This document shows positions 13,001 through 24,700 of a stretch of DNA of 64,000 nt, in pieces; within the stretch, counting starts at the first letter, position 1, and each line of letters begins with the position of its first letter. The notes beneath the pieces are model-generated. The model was not told where the DNA came from and ran no database searches. It saw only the letters and a program-made list of their open reading frames with translations. The DNA comes from Squalus acanthias (taxonomy: Eukaryota), in assembly GCA_030390025.1 (NCBI GenBank), contig CM059432.1, positions 134,232,001-134,296,000 on the forward strand. Direction: 5' to 3'. The position numbers and the translations under genes are program-made.

Positions 13001-15265
13001 GTGCATGCGCAGTGCATGCGTGAAACCGGCACTTCCGGTGGCCGTACGGGTGAGTACACAGTGCGTACTCACCCGTGGGGACCCAAATTTCTGGGCCATT
13101 ATGATCGCTGCTACCTAGGGGTGCTTTCACTATGAGGTCATTAATTAATCCTATCTCATTGCACAATACCAGGTTTAGTATAGCCTGCTCTCTGGTTGGC
13201 TCCAGAACGTGCTATTTTAAGAAACTATCCCAAAAACAATCCATGAACTCCTCATCTAGGTTACCTTTGCCCATCTAATTTTTCCAGTCTATATGTTGAT
13301 TAAAATCCCCCATGATTATTGCCGTACCTTTCTGACAAGCTCCCATTATTTCTTCCTTTATACTCCATCCTACCATGTGGTTACTGTTAGGGGGCCTGTA
13401 CACCACTCCCACAAGTGACTTCTTGCCTTTATCATTTCTCATCTCTACCCAAACCGCTTCTACATCCTGGTTTCCTGAACTTAGGTCATCCCTCTCTGTT
13501 GTGCTAATACCATCATTAATTAACAGAGCCACCCCTCCACCTTTTCCTAGCTTCCTGTCCTTCCTAAATGTCATGTACCCTTCAATATTCAGGTCCCAAT
13601 CTATGTCATCCTGCAGCCATGTCTCTGTAATGGCTATCAGATCGTACTTAATTATTTCTATTTGCGCTATCAGTTCATCTGTTTTGTTCCGAATGCTACG
13701 TGCATTCAGATGCAGAGCCTTTAGTTTTGTCCTTTTATTGTTTTTGTAACCTTTAGCCTTAACTGTTGATTTACTCTTAGATTTGTACTCTCTATCCCTT
13801 CCTGTCATGGTCTGTTCATCATTTCCCATATTAATACCTTTCTCTCTTGCCTTGTCTCTACTCTTTGATTTACCATATCTTCCCAAATTTGGTCCCTTGC
13901 CTCACTAATTAGTTTAAAGCCCTCTCTACCGCCCTAGTTATATGACTCGCCAGAACACTGGTCCCAGCACGGTTCAGGTGAAGACCGTCCCAACGATACA
14001 GATCCCACTTTTCCCAGTACTGGTGCCAGTGCCCCAGGAATCGAAACCCATTTCTCCCACACCAGTCTTTGAGCCACGTATTTATCTCTCCAATTTTATT
14101 TACCCTATGCCAATTTGCTTGTGGCTCAGGTAATAATGCAGACATTATTACCCTTGAGGTTCTGCTTTTTAATTTAGCCCCTAGCTGCTCATACTCTCTC
14201 AGCAGAACCTCTTTCCTAGTTCTACCTATGTCGTTGGTACCTACGTGGACCATGACCACTGGCTCCTCCCCCTCCCACTGCAAGTTCCTCTCCAGCCCAG
14301 AGCAGATGTCCCAAACCCTGGCCGGCAACACAGCCGTCTGGACTCTCGCTCTTGGCTGCAGAGAACTGTATCTATCCCCCTGACTATGCTTTCCCCTATT
14401 ACCACTACATTCCTATTAACTCCCCCTGCTTGAATGGCTTCCTGTACCTCAGTGCCATGGTCAGTTTGCTCATCCACCCTGCAGCCATCGCTTTCATCCA
14501 TACAGGCCACAAGAACCTCAAACCTGTTGGACAATTGCAAAGGCTGAGGCTCCTCCACCTCCTGGGTCCCCATACCTGCCTCACTCGCAGTCACATCATC
14601 CTGTCCCTGACCACTGACCAAATCAGAAGACCCTATCCTAAGGGGTGTGACTGCCTCCTGGAATAAAGTGTCCAGGTAACTTTCCCCCTCCCTGATGCAT
14701 CACAGTGTCCGCAGCTCGGCCTCCAGTTCATCAACTCTGAGCAGAAGCTCCTCGAGCCGCAGACACTTACCGCAGATGTGTTCGTCCTGGATCACACTGG
14801 CGTCCAGGAGCTCCCACATACTGCAGTCGCAACACATAACCTGCCCTGCCATCTTTATTGAGTCTTAATTAATTTATTTTTATTAATTAACCCATACTAC
14901 ACCCAATAAGATTTATTACTGCTAGTAAACTTTACTAATACTAATGAAACCTTAAAATTACTAATAAATTTCCTGGGCTTTAAAGATAAGAGAAGTGAGC
15001 AAAATACTCACCAACCAATCACTTACCCTTTTCCCTGTGATGTCACCTTTTATTTTTCTCCGAATGCGGTTGGGGGGTTTCACAGAGTCGAACTCCCGCT
15101 GGTTCTCTGTCCCCTCTCATGCAGCTTTTTAACTCCTGCTCTCCTGGAGGCTAACAAAGATGGAAAAAGAAGAAAGGAGCACTTCCCTCCCCGAACTCCT
15201 TTACTCACCAAATTCTCAGATTTACACTCTGTTCCAAGCTGCACTCCATGGAAAACTGCACTCCA
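10057..15265 (-). mobile_element. CR1 LINE 'B', near full-length (5'UTR, ORF1 zinc finger plus SGNH esterase, ORF2 EN/RT), inserted into CR1 'A'
   Basis: Tail gaacataagaacatacgaa at about 10058. RT ORF 10165-11070 (KFADD), EN ORF 13275-13886 (LNARS, ITETWL, VYRPP, GDFN), esterase 13909-14331 (HVGTND, DGLHLN), C2C2 region at about 14700-14850. CR1 'A' sequence resumes at about 15266. Confidence 0.93.
12333..13097. mobile_element. Non-autonomous TIR element (Harbinger-type MITE, family X) inserted in CR1 'B'
   Basis: TIRs cgcccagaaattcgggtc / gacccaaatttctgggcc (16/18). TSD ATT at 12330-12332 and 13098-13100. Removal restores the CR1 EN reading ...GSSDHNMIEF... Confidence 0.9.
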
Positions 15266-15280
15266 TATTCACCACACTTT

Positions 15281-15783
15281 GGGCTGGATTTTGTCTTGGG
15301 GTCGGGTTGGGGTCGTGTAATCCGCATTTCGGGCTGGATTTTGAATGACCCATGGAGTCGGGTTTGGAGGCGTGTGGGGGGTTAAATTTGCGGGGTCGGG
15401 GTTTCCAACCCCATCCCGACTCCATCCCGCCTCCACGCAATTTTGACAAAATCAGTCACGGGGTTCCCGACTCCGTCCCGCCTCCAAGAGGCGGGAGAGG
15501 CCATTAAAGTCCTTAACAAGCTCTAAATTGGCTCTGTAATGCCATTTTGAAACATTTTAGCTAGTTTAACCCTTTTCTGACGTGAAGTACGCCTGGTGTG
15601 AAACACTCCAGTGAAACCTGGCGGGAGCACAAGTGGACAGCTGACTATCAGCTGCAGGTCCACTATTACAACGGAGATGTGATGAAGGTAGTAGTAGTAT
15701 TAGGTCTGAAAGTCGCCGCTGCTGCATTGAATGTGTTCAGAGACTGCCTGGCCTTTGCTGTGAGAGGACTTGGATGCAAAAAA

Positions 15784-15868
<85 letters not shown>

Positions 15869-16854
15869 CCCACCCCCATATTTTGCATCCAGGTCCACTC
15901 ACATCAAAAGCAAACCAGGCAGGTCCTCTCTCACCAACAGTCTCTGAGACTAGGCAGTCAGCAATGATGACATCATCAGAGGCGGGTTTCAGACTGAAAC
16001 CACTAATTAGTTCATGGGTTCCCACATGCTGCAACTCAATTGCCCAATTAAGTGAAAATTGTATCAGGCATCCACATTAATCTGGAGTCGGGGGGGAAAC
16101 ACGAAATGCGGATTGCACGACCCCAAGACAAAATCCAGCCCTTCGTGTTTCCCCCCCGACTCCAGATTAATGTGGATGCCTGATGCAATTTTCACTTAAT
16201 TGGGCAATTGAGTTGCAGCATGTGGGAACCCATGAACTAATTAGTGGTTTCAGTCTGAAACCCGCCTCTGATGATGTCATCATTGCTGACTGCCTGCTCT
16301 CAGAGATTGTCTGGCTACTGGTGAGAGAGGACCTGTCTGCATTGCTTCTGATGTGAGTGGACCTGGATGCAAATATGAAAGAGAGAGAGAGAGAGAGAGA
16401 GAGAGTGAGAGAGAGAGAGAGAGAGAGATTTTTTTGCATCCAAGTCCTCTTACACCAAATGCCATGACATTGAATGTAGCAGTATCAGAGGCTACTTTCA
16501 CATCACATCTCCGTTGTAATAGTCGACTTACAGCCGATAGTCAGCTATCCACTTGTGCTCCCGCCAGGTTTCACTGGAGTGTTTCACACCAGGCGTGCTT
16601 CACGTCAGAAAAGGGTTAAACTAGCTACAATGTTTCAAAATAGCATTACAGACCCAATTTAGGGCTTGTTAAGTGCTTTAATGGCCTCTCCCGCCTCTTG
16701 GAGGCGGGACGGAGTAGGGAATCCCGCGACTGATTTTGTCAAAATTGCGTGGAGGCGGGATGGAGTCGGGATGGGGTCGGAAACCCCGACCCCGCAAATT
16801 TAACCCCCCACACGCCTCCAAACCCGACTCCATGGGTCATTCAAAATCCAGCCC
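15281..16854. mobile_element. Harbinger-derived MITE (family Y), outer copy, inserted in CR1 'A'
   Basis: Termini gggctggattttg / caaaatccagccc. TSD TTT at 15278-15280 and 16855-16857. Contains a (GA)n tract. Interrupted after 50 bp by a second copy. Confidence 0.9.
15331..16141. mobile_element. Family Y MITE, inner copy in opposite orientation
   Basis: Same 13-bp TIRs. TSD TTC at 15328-15330 and 16142-16144. (CT)n tract at about 15787-15865. Shares ccatcccgcctccacgcaattttg with the Harbinger left end at about 3122. Confidence 0.9.
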
Positions 16855-18451
16855 TTTGTGTTTTACGTACATGCATTCTAAACCCATTTTATAATTTTTT
16901 GTAGTCTTTCTTAGTCTGCTCCTGTCTAATATGGTACTACTTCTGCCTCTAGTACTTCTTTCTTCTCTAGTACTATCCAACACACTCACTCTTTTATGCA
17001 CCTTATTCCTCCTTTCTACTCCTATATGCTGGTGCCCATTCCCCTGCCAAGCTAGCTTAAACCCTCCCCAACAGCACTAGCAAACCTCCCCGCGAGAATA
17101 TTGGTCCCGGCTCTGTTGAGGTGGAACCCATTCGGCTTGTACAGGTCCCACCTTCCCCAGAAATGGTCCCAATGCCTGAGAAATCTAAAGCCCTCCCTCC
17201 TGCACCAACTCTCCAGCCACGCATTCATCTGTTCTATCCTCCTATTCCTGTAATCACTATCATGGCACCGGGAGTAATCCAGAGATTACTACCTTTGAGG
17301 TCCTGCTTTTTAATCTCATTCCTAGCTCCCTATAGTCTGCCTGCAGGATCTCATCCCTATTTCTGCCTATGTCGTTGGTCCCAATATGGACAACGACCTC
17401 TGGCTGTTCACCCTCCCCCCTCAGAGTGTCCTGCAGCTGCTCAGTGACATCCTAAACCCTGGCACCAGGGAGGCAACATACCATCCTGGAGTCACGTCTG
17501 CGGCCACAGAAACACCTATCTGTTCCCCTAACCAATGAATCTCCTATCACTATTGCTCTTCACTCTTCTTCCTCCCCCCCTGTGCAGCTGAGCCACCCTG
17601 TGGTGCCATGGCCTTGGCTCTGGCTGCTCTCCCCAGAGGAACCATCACCCCCACCAGTTTCCAGAACTGTGAACCGGTTAGCAAGCGAGATGCACTCTGG
17701 GGATTCCTGCCCTACCTGCCTGGTCCTCCTTCTCTGTCTGGTGGTCACCCATTCCCTCTCTGCCTGCACATTCTGAGGCTGCGGGGTGACCACTTCTAGA
17801 AACATGCTTTCCAAGTATTTCTCAGCCTCGCGGATGCACTGTAGTGACTCCAGCTGCCGCTCAAGCTCTGAAACCTGGAGCTCGAGTTGCTGCAGTTGGC
17901 GACACTTCCTGCACACGTGGTCGTCCAGACCGCAAGAAGCGTCCAGGATTTCCCACATGACTCAGTATGTGCAAATCATGGGACTGAGCTGCCCTGCCAT
18001 GCCTCTATTTACCAGACTATGGAGGTAATTTAGCAGAAATAAACTTAAAGCTTAACAAGGAACACTCAACAGCTACCCACCAATCAGCACTTCCCTCTAT
18101 TAGATAGGCTATGAACTATTTAACAGAAATATACTCAAAACAGAACAAAAAAAGCTTACCACAAATACTCACCCTATACTCACCTCTCAGCTCCCTTGTG
18201 CCAGCGACACCTTTGAATTCTGACGTCACTCCTTCGTTGTGTCGCTTGCCGACTGTCTCCCTCGCAGGTAGTCCGCGCACTGACTCCCAGGCCTCTGCTC
18301 CGCGCTGCCTTTATCCCCGGTCTCCGACTCCATTCCTCCCACAGGTCCGCTCACTCAGACTGTACTGCTGCCCTGTGACATCACACCTTATTTTTTGGAA
18401 ACCGTGGAAGGTCCCACCACCGCCGCTGGTGTCGCCAATTAGGTCCTCGCT
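16855..18451 (-). mobile_element. CR1 LINE 'A', 5' part (ORF1 zinc finger/coiled coil plus esterase, 5'UTR)
   Basis: ORF 17560-17958 MWEILDASCGLDDHVCRKCRQLQQLELQVSELE. Esterase-like sequence at 17050-17560 resembles 13909-14331 and 25558-26217. The junction ccaacctta...ttcaccacacttt|gtgttttacgtacatgc is collinear with the part ending at 10056. Confidence 0.8.
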
Positions 18452-19929
18452 CTTTAAAGTACTCTACCGCTCTGGCTCTCCGCTCCCGCTGTGTTTAAAG
18501 TACTCTGCCACTCTGGCTCTCCGCTCCCGCTCTGTTTAAAGTACTCTGCCACTCTGGCACTGCTCCCGCTCTGTTTAAAGTACTCTATCACTCTGGCTCT
18601 CCGCTCCCGCTGTGTTTAAAGTACTCTGCTGCTCTGGCTCTCCGCTCCCACTCTGTTTAAAGTACTCTGCTGCTCTGGCTCTCCGCTCCCGCTCTGTTTA
18701 AAGTACTCTGTCGCTCTGGCTCTCCGCTCCCGCTCTGTTTAAAGTACTCTGCTGCTCTGGCTCTCTGCTCCCGCTCTGTTTAAAGTACTCTGCTGCTCTG
18801 GCTCTCCGCTCCCGCTCTGTTTAAAGTACTCTGCTGCTCTGGCTCTCTGCTCCCGCTCTGTTTAAAGTACTCTGCTGCTCTGGCTCTCTGCTCCTGCTCT
18901 GTTTAAAGTACTCTGTCGCTCGGGCTCTCCGCTCCCGCTGTTTAAAGTACTCTGTCACTCTGGCTCTCTGCTCCCGCTCTATTTAAAGTACTCTGCCGCT
19001 CTGGCTCTCCGCTCCCGCTCTGTTTAAAGTACTCTGCTGCTCTGGCTCTCCGCTCCCGCTCTGTTTAAAGTACTCTATCGCTCTGGCTCTCCGCTCCCGC
19101 TCTGTTTAAAGTACTCTGTCGCTCTCCCTCTCTGCTCCCGCTCTGTTTAAAGTACTCTGTCACTCTGGCTCTCTGCTCCCTCTCTGTTTAAAGTACTCTG
19201 CTGCTCTGGCTCTCCGCTCCCGCTCTGTTTAAAGCACTCTGTCGCTCTGGCTCTCTGCTCCCGCTGTTTAAAGTACTCTGCTGCTCTGGCTCTCCGCTCC
19301 CTCTCTGTTTAAAGTACTCTGCCACTCTGGCTCTCCGCTCCCGCTCTGTTTAAAGTACTCTGCCACTCTGGCTCTCTGCTCCCGCTGTTTAAAGTACTCT
19401 GCCGCTCTGGCTCTCTGCTCCCGCTCTGTTTAAAGTACTCTGCCGCTCTGGCTCTCTGCTCCCGCTCTGTTTAAAGTACTCTGCTGCTCTGGCTCTCCGC
19501 TCCCGCTCTGTTTAAAGTACTCTGCCACTCTGGCTCTCTGCTCCCGCTGTTTAAAGTACTCTGCCGCTCTGGCTCTCTGCTCCCGCTCTGTTTAAAGTAC
19601 TCTGCCGCTCTGGCTCTCCGCTCCCGCTCTGTTTAAAGTACTCTGCTGCTCTGGCTCTCCGCTCCCGCTCTGTTTAAAGTACTCTGCCACTCTGGCTCTC
19701 TGCTCCCGCTGTTTAAAGTACTCTGCCACTCTGGCTCTCTGCTCCCGCTCTGTTTAAAGTACTCTGCCGCTCTGGCTCTCTGCTCCCGCTCTGTTTAAAG
19801 TACTCTGCCGCTCTGGCTCTCTGCTCCCGCTGTGTTTAAAGTACTCTGTCACTCTGGCTCTCCGCTCCCGCTCTGTTTAAAGTACTCTGCCGCTCTGGCT
19901 CTCCGCTCCCGCTGTTTAAAGTACTCTGC
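18452..19929. repeat. 41-bp minisatellite (TTTAAAGTACTCTGCCGCTCTGGCTCTCCGCTCCCGCTCTG, some 39-bp variants), about 36 copies
   Basis: Direct tandem repetition abutting the 5' end of CR1 'A'. Confidence 0.95.
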
Positions 19930-21392
19930 ATGTCTTTACACAAGTCTCCATCCAGTCTGGCCTCATTACCTGCCCCACCATTGACAGATCGCTTCTGTCA
20001 TCACTACTTCACCTGCCATCTATTCCATCAGATTGTGTGCATTTATACTCTCTCACCTTGGTCCTCAAAATCTGACCCTGATCAGCCCCAACACCAGCAT
20101 CACCAGGCACACCAGCAGCACTAACAACTACACCAACCTTCTCCGCATCACCTGATGCTGCACAGGACACAGGGCATCAGCACCCGACAAAATTGCAGCC
20201 CGGGACACCAGATTAACTTCACTTGATGCTGCACAACCTGTCTGCACCAGGTTGGCACCACCCCACACCAACATCATAAAGCTTCCCTAGTGTCAGACAT
20301 GGCTCCGTTGGTAGCACACTCGCCTCTGAGTCAGAAGGTTGTAGTTTAAGTCCCACTCCAGGAACTTAAACACATAAAGCAAGGCTGACACTCCAGTGCA
20401 GTACTGAGGGAGTGCTGTACTGTCGGAGGTGCCGTCTTTTGGATGAGACATTAAACCGAGGCCCCGTATGCTCCATCAGGTGGACGTAAAAGATCCCATG
20501 GCACTATTTCAAGGAAGTGCAGGGGTGTTATCCCCGGTGTCCTGGCCAATAATTATCCCTTGACCCAACATAATAAAAACAGATTATCTGCTAATTATCA
20601 CATTGCTGTTTCCTGAGCGCGAATTGGCTGCCGCGTTTCCCACATTACAACAGTGACTACACTCCAAAAGTACTTCATTGGCTGGAAAGCGCTTTGGGCG
20701 TGAAAGGTGCTATATAAATGCAAGTCTTTCTTTCTTTCTTTACAATGCCCAAGCCATTCTTTCACACTCATCACCATTGCGGGGGGTACCGTTATGTCTC
20801 ACCATTCACTGCAACTCACTAAGCCACTTCCAAAGGTGCACACAAATCTGTCCAAGAACGTAAAGTGCTGAAAATAAAGATTTCAATGTTTGACAGCACA
20901 TTAACAGAAACTTCACATGAACATTGGCTAAAACACACAAGTGCCTACCCTTGTTTGTTGTTAGTTGTTATGATTGGACAAGGATGTGGGTGAGTGTGAG
21001 GGGTGGCTACTGAGAGGGGGAAGTGATAGTGCAGCTAGAGAGGGATGGGTGGAGGTGCAAGTTAAGTTGGTGTGAGTAAGGATATGCAGGAGTAGGGTAG
21101 GGAAGGCAGAGTGATGGGGATGTGTTGAGTGGCAAAGCAGGATGAGGTTGAGTGTGGCTTTGCAGTAACGTTTCGTGATCTACTGAGATCATTGAAAGGA
21201 TTGGGCCACTGCAGCCTGGTCCTCCTGATGACATCCCTGCTTGTGCCCTCCTGTGCAATGTGCAACCAGGCTGCGTTGGTTTCCTAGGGAGGTCTCTTCC
21301 GCCCATTGGAAGGGAAGAGGACCTCCCTGCGAGAGCCTGGGTGCTGCCGACGTCGCCCGCCACAAACCGCCGAGGTAGGGAAAATCATAGCC
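19930..21392. mobile_element. Degenerate right-hand fragment of a second Harbinger element
   Basis: About 21060-21230 resembles the Myb exon/intron region at 6650-6800 (gatcattgaa = FNDL on minus). It ends in a TIR-like ccgccgaggtagggaaaatcatagcc similar to 7230-7252. The left boundary is uncertain. Confidence 0.6.
20291..20741 (+). mobile_element. tRNA-derived SINE with Deu core (SacSINE1/DeuSINE-like)
   Basis: A/B-box-like head (tggctccgttgg, gtttaagtccc), Deu-like core taaaccgaggcccc...ggtggacgtaaaagatcccatggcacta...cccggtgtcctggccaa, tail aaagcgctttggg...ctatataaatgcaag(tctt)n. Confidence 0.85.
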
Positions 21393-21738
21393 GCTGTATA
21401 TCAGTGTTAAATGCACATGTTGTATATCAGTGTTAAATGCACATGTTGTATATCAGTGTTAAATGCACATGTTGTATATCAGTGTTAAATGCACTTATTG
21501 TATATCTGTGTTAAATACACATGTTGTAGATCTGTACTAAATACACCTGTTGTATATCTGTGCTAAATGCACATGTTGTTTTTTTGTGTTAAATACACTT
21601 GTCGTATATCTGTGTTAAATGCAAATTGTTGTATATCTGTGTTCAATATACCTGTTGTATATCTGTGTTAAATATCCATGTTGTATATCTGTGTTAAATG
21701 AACATGTTGTATACGTGTGTTAAATACACATGTTGTAT
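21393..21738. repeat. 26-bp satellite, block 2
   Basis: Same unit and orientation as 1-3020. Confidence 0.93.
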
Positions 21739-24700
21739 ATAGAAACATAGAAGATAGGAGCAGGAGTAGGCCATTCGACCATCGAGCCTGCTCCGCCATT
21801 TAATGAGATCATGGCTGATCATCCAAATTCAGTACCCTGTCCCTGCTTTCTCCCCATATCCCTTGATCCCTTTATCCTTAAGAAATATATCTAACTCCTT
21901 CTTGAATATATTTAATGAATTAGCCTCAACTGCCTTCTATGGTAGAGAATTCCACAGATTCACCACTCTCTGGGTGAAGAAATTCCTCCTCATCTCAGTC
22001 CTAAATGGCTTACCCCTTATCCTTAGACTGTGACCCCTGGTTCTGGACTCCCCAGCCATCGGGAACATCCTTCCTGCATCTAGTCTGTCTAGTCCTGTTA
22101 GAATTTTATAACTTTCAATGAGATCCCCTCTCATTCTTCTAAACTCCAGCGAGTACAAGCCCAATCGTCCCAATCTCTCTTCATACGTCATTCCTGCCAT
22201 CCCAGGTATCAGTCTGGTGAATCTTCGCTGCACTCCCTCCATGGCAAGAACATCCTTCCTCAGATAAGGTGACCAAAACTGCACACAATACTCAAGGTGT
22301 GGTCTCACTGCAGCAAGACATCCTTGCTCCTGTACTCGAATCCTCTCGCTATGAAGGCCAATATACCATTTGCCTTCTTAACCGCCTGCTGCACCTGCAT
22401 GCTTACCTTCAATGACTGGTGCACAAGGACTCCCAGGTCTCATTGCACTTCCCCTTTTCATAATCTATTGCCGTTCAGATAATAATCTGCCTTCCTGTTT
22501 TTGCCACCAAAGTGGATAACCTCGCATTTCTCCACATTATACTGCATCTGCCATGCATCTGCCCAATCACCCAACCTGTCCAAATCATACTGGAGTTTCT
22601 CTGCATCCTCCTCACAACACACACGCCCACCTAGCTTTGTGTCGTCTGCAAACTTGGAGATATTACATCTAGTTCCCTCGTCTAGATCATTAATATATAT
22701 TGTGAATAACTGGGGTCCTAGGACCGATCCCTGCGGTACCCCACTAGTCACTGCCTGCTACTCGGAAAAAGACCCATTTATTCCAACTCTTTGCTTCCTG
22801 TCTGCCAACCAGTTCTCTATCCAAGTCAGTACCTTACCCCCAATCCCATGTGCTTTAACTTTGCATGCTAATCTCTTATGCGGGACCTTATCGAAAGCCT
22901 TCTGAAAGTCCAAATACACCACATCTACTGGTTCTCCCTTATCTATTCTACCAGTTACATCCTCAAAAAATTCCAGTAGATTAGTCAAGCATGATTTACC
23001 TTTTGTAAATCCATGTTGAATTTGTCCGATCCTGTCACTGTTTTCCAAGTGCTCTGCTATTACATCTTTTATAATGGACTCTAGCATTTTCCCCACTACC
23101 GATGTCAGGCTTACCGGTCTATAATTCCCCATTTTCTCTCTCCCACCTTTTTTAAATAGTGGGGTTACATTAGCTACCCTCCAATCCATGGGAACTGTTC
23201 CACAGTTGATAGAATTTTGGAAGATGACCAGCAATGCATCTACTATTTCTAGGGCCACTTCCTTAAGTACCCTAGGATGTAGATTATCAGGACCTAGGGA
23301 TTTATCGGCCTTCAATCCCGTCAATTTCCCTAACACCATTTCCCAACAAATACTGATTTCATTCAGTTCCTCCCTCTCATTAGACCCTATGGGGGAAAAA
23401 TTCAGCTGCTTGCGCCTCCCGTTAGCGCCTTAAGAGGGCGCTAATGGGGCGTAAAGCAGCTAACGCCCGGGCGCAGCGCCGCCCACGCCTCCCGAAAAAT
23501 TTAGTGGGAGGTTAGCGGCGGCGGCAGCCGGTAGCGCCCTGTGGCGCTGCGCCGCCGGCGATGACGTCATCGCCGTGCGCAGCACCCCGCTCGCGCCCCG
23601 GCCATGATCTTCAGTCGCGCCCCCTGATTTACCGCCAGACGCTATGTCCGACGGGTTCAGGGAGGCGTACGTGCGGCCGGGGCGGCGATATTTAAAGCGG
23701 AGGTGGCAGGCGGCCATTTTTGTTGCTGGCCGCCTGCCAGCACCTGCCCCCGGCCCCCGTGAAGCCCCCCCACCGTGAAGTGCCGGCTGCGCTCCAAGAG
23801 CCCGGCACTTCTCTTGAGTGCCGGGCTCTTTTGCCGGCACTCCCGATCCCTGGGGGCCCAGCTGGGCCCCGGTTCGCGCTGCGCAGGGTCCCTCCCCTTT
23901 AAGAAGGGGAGGAAGGCCTGCAATACCGCGGCGCGACGTGCCGCAGCGCATGGCGCTGCGGCACGTAGCGCCAGGATATTCACTCGCAGCGCCCCAAGAG
24001 GGATGCGGGCTGCTTCCAGTTGCGCCCCGCTTCCCTCTTGGGGCGCAACCACTGAAGTTCTGGCGCGGGGCCGCTAATTTTTTCGGGGCGCTAAAAGTCG
24101 CGCCCCGGCGAGGTTAGCGCCCCAAATGGGGCGCGACTCAATTTTTACCTCTATGTTCCCCGACATCTCTGGGAGGTTATTTGTGTCCTCCTTTGTGAAG
24201 ACAGAACCAAAGTATGTATTTAATTGGTCTGCCATTTCTTTGTTCCCCATTATAAATTCCCCTGATTCTGACTGCAAGGGACCTATGCTTGACTTCACTA
24301 ATCTTTTTCTCTTCACATATCTATAGAAGCTTTTACAGTCAGTTTTTATGTTTCCTGCAAGCTTACTCTCATACTCTATTTTCCCCCTCTTAATTAATCC
24401 CTTTGTCCTCCTTTGCTGAATCCTAAACTGCTCCCAATCCTCAGGTTTGCTGCTTTTTCTGGTCAATTTATATGTCCTTTCCTTGGATCTTATGCTATCC
24501 TAATTTCCCTTGTTAGCCACGATTGAGTCACCTTTTTTGTTTTATTTTTATGCCAAACAGGGATGAACAAATTCTGTAGTTCATCCATGCGATCTTTAAA
24601 TGTTTGCCATTGCCTATCCACCATCAACCCTTTAAGTAACGTTCCCCAATCCATCCTAGCCAATTCGTGCCTCATACCATCACAGTTTCCTTTATTTAAA

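Noticed and set aside
18452..19929. CRISPR-like regular array
   Set aside because: No unique spacers, no cas genes, and a vertebrate context; it is a plain tandem minisatellite.
20291..20365. tRNA gene (also 36640-36710)
   Set aside because: The A/B boxes belong to a SINE head continuous with a Deu core and tail; there is no full cloverleaf.
23391..24151. CpG-island promoter or GC-rich coding ORFs (also 28261-28906)
   Set aside because: Bounded by TIRs and a TSD and interrupts CR1 ORF2; the ORFs reflect stop-poor GC-rich sequence.
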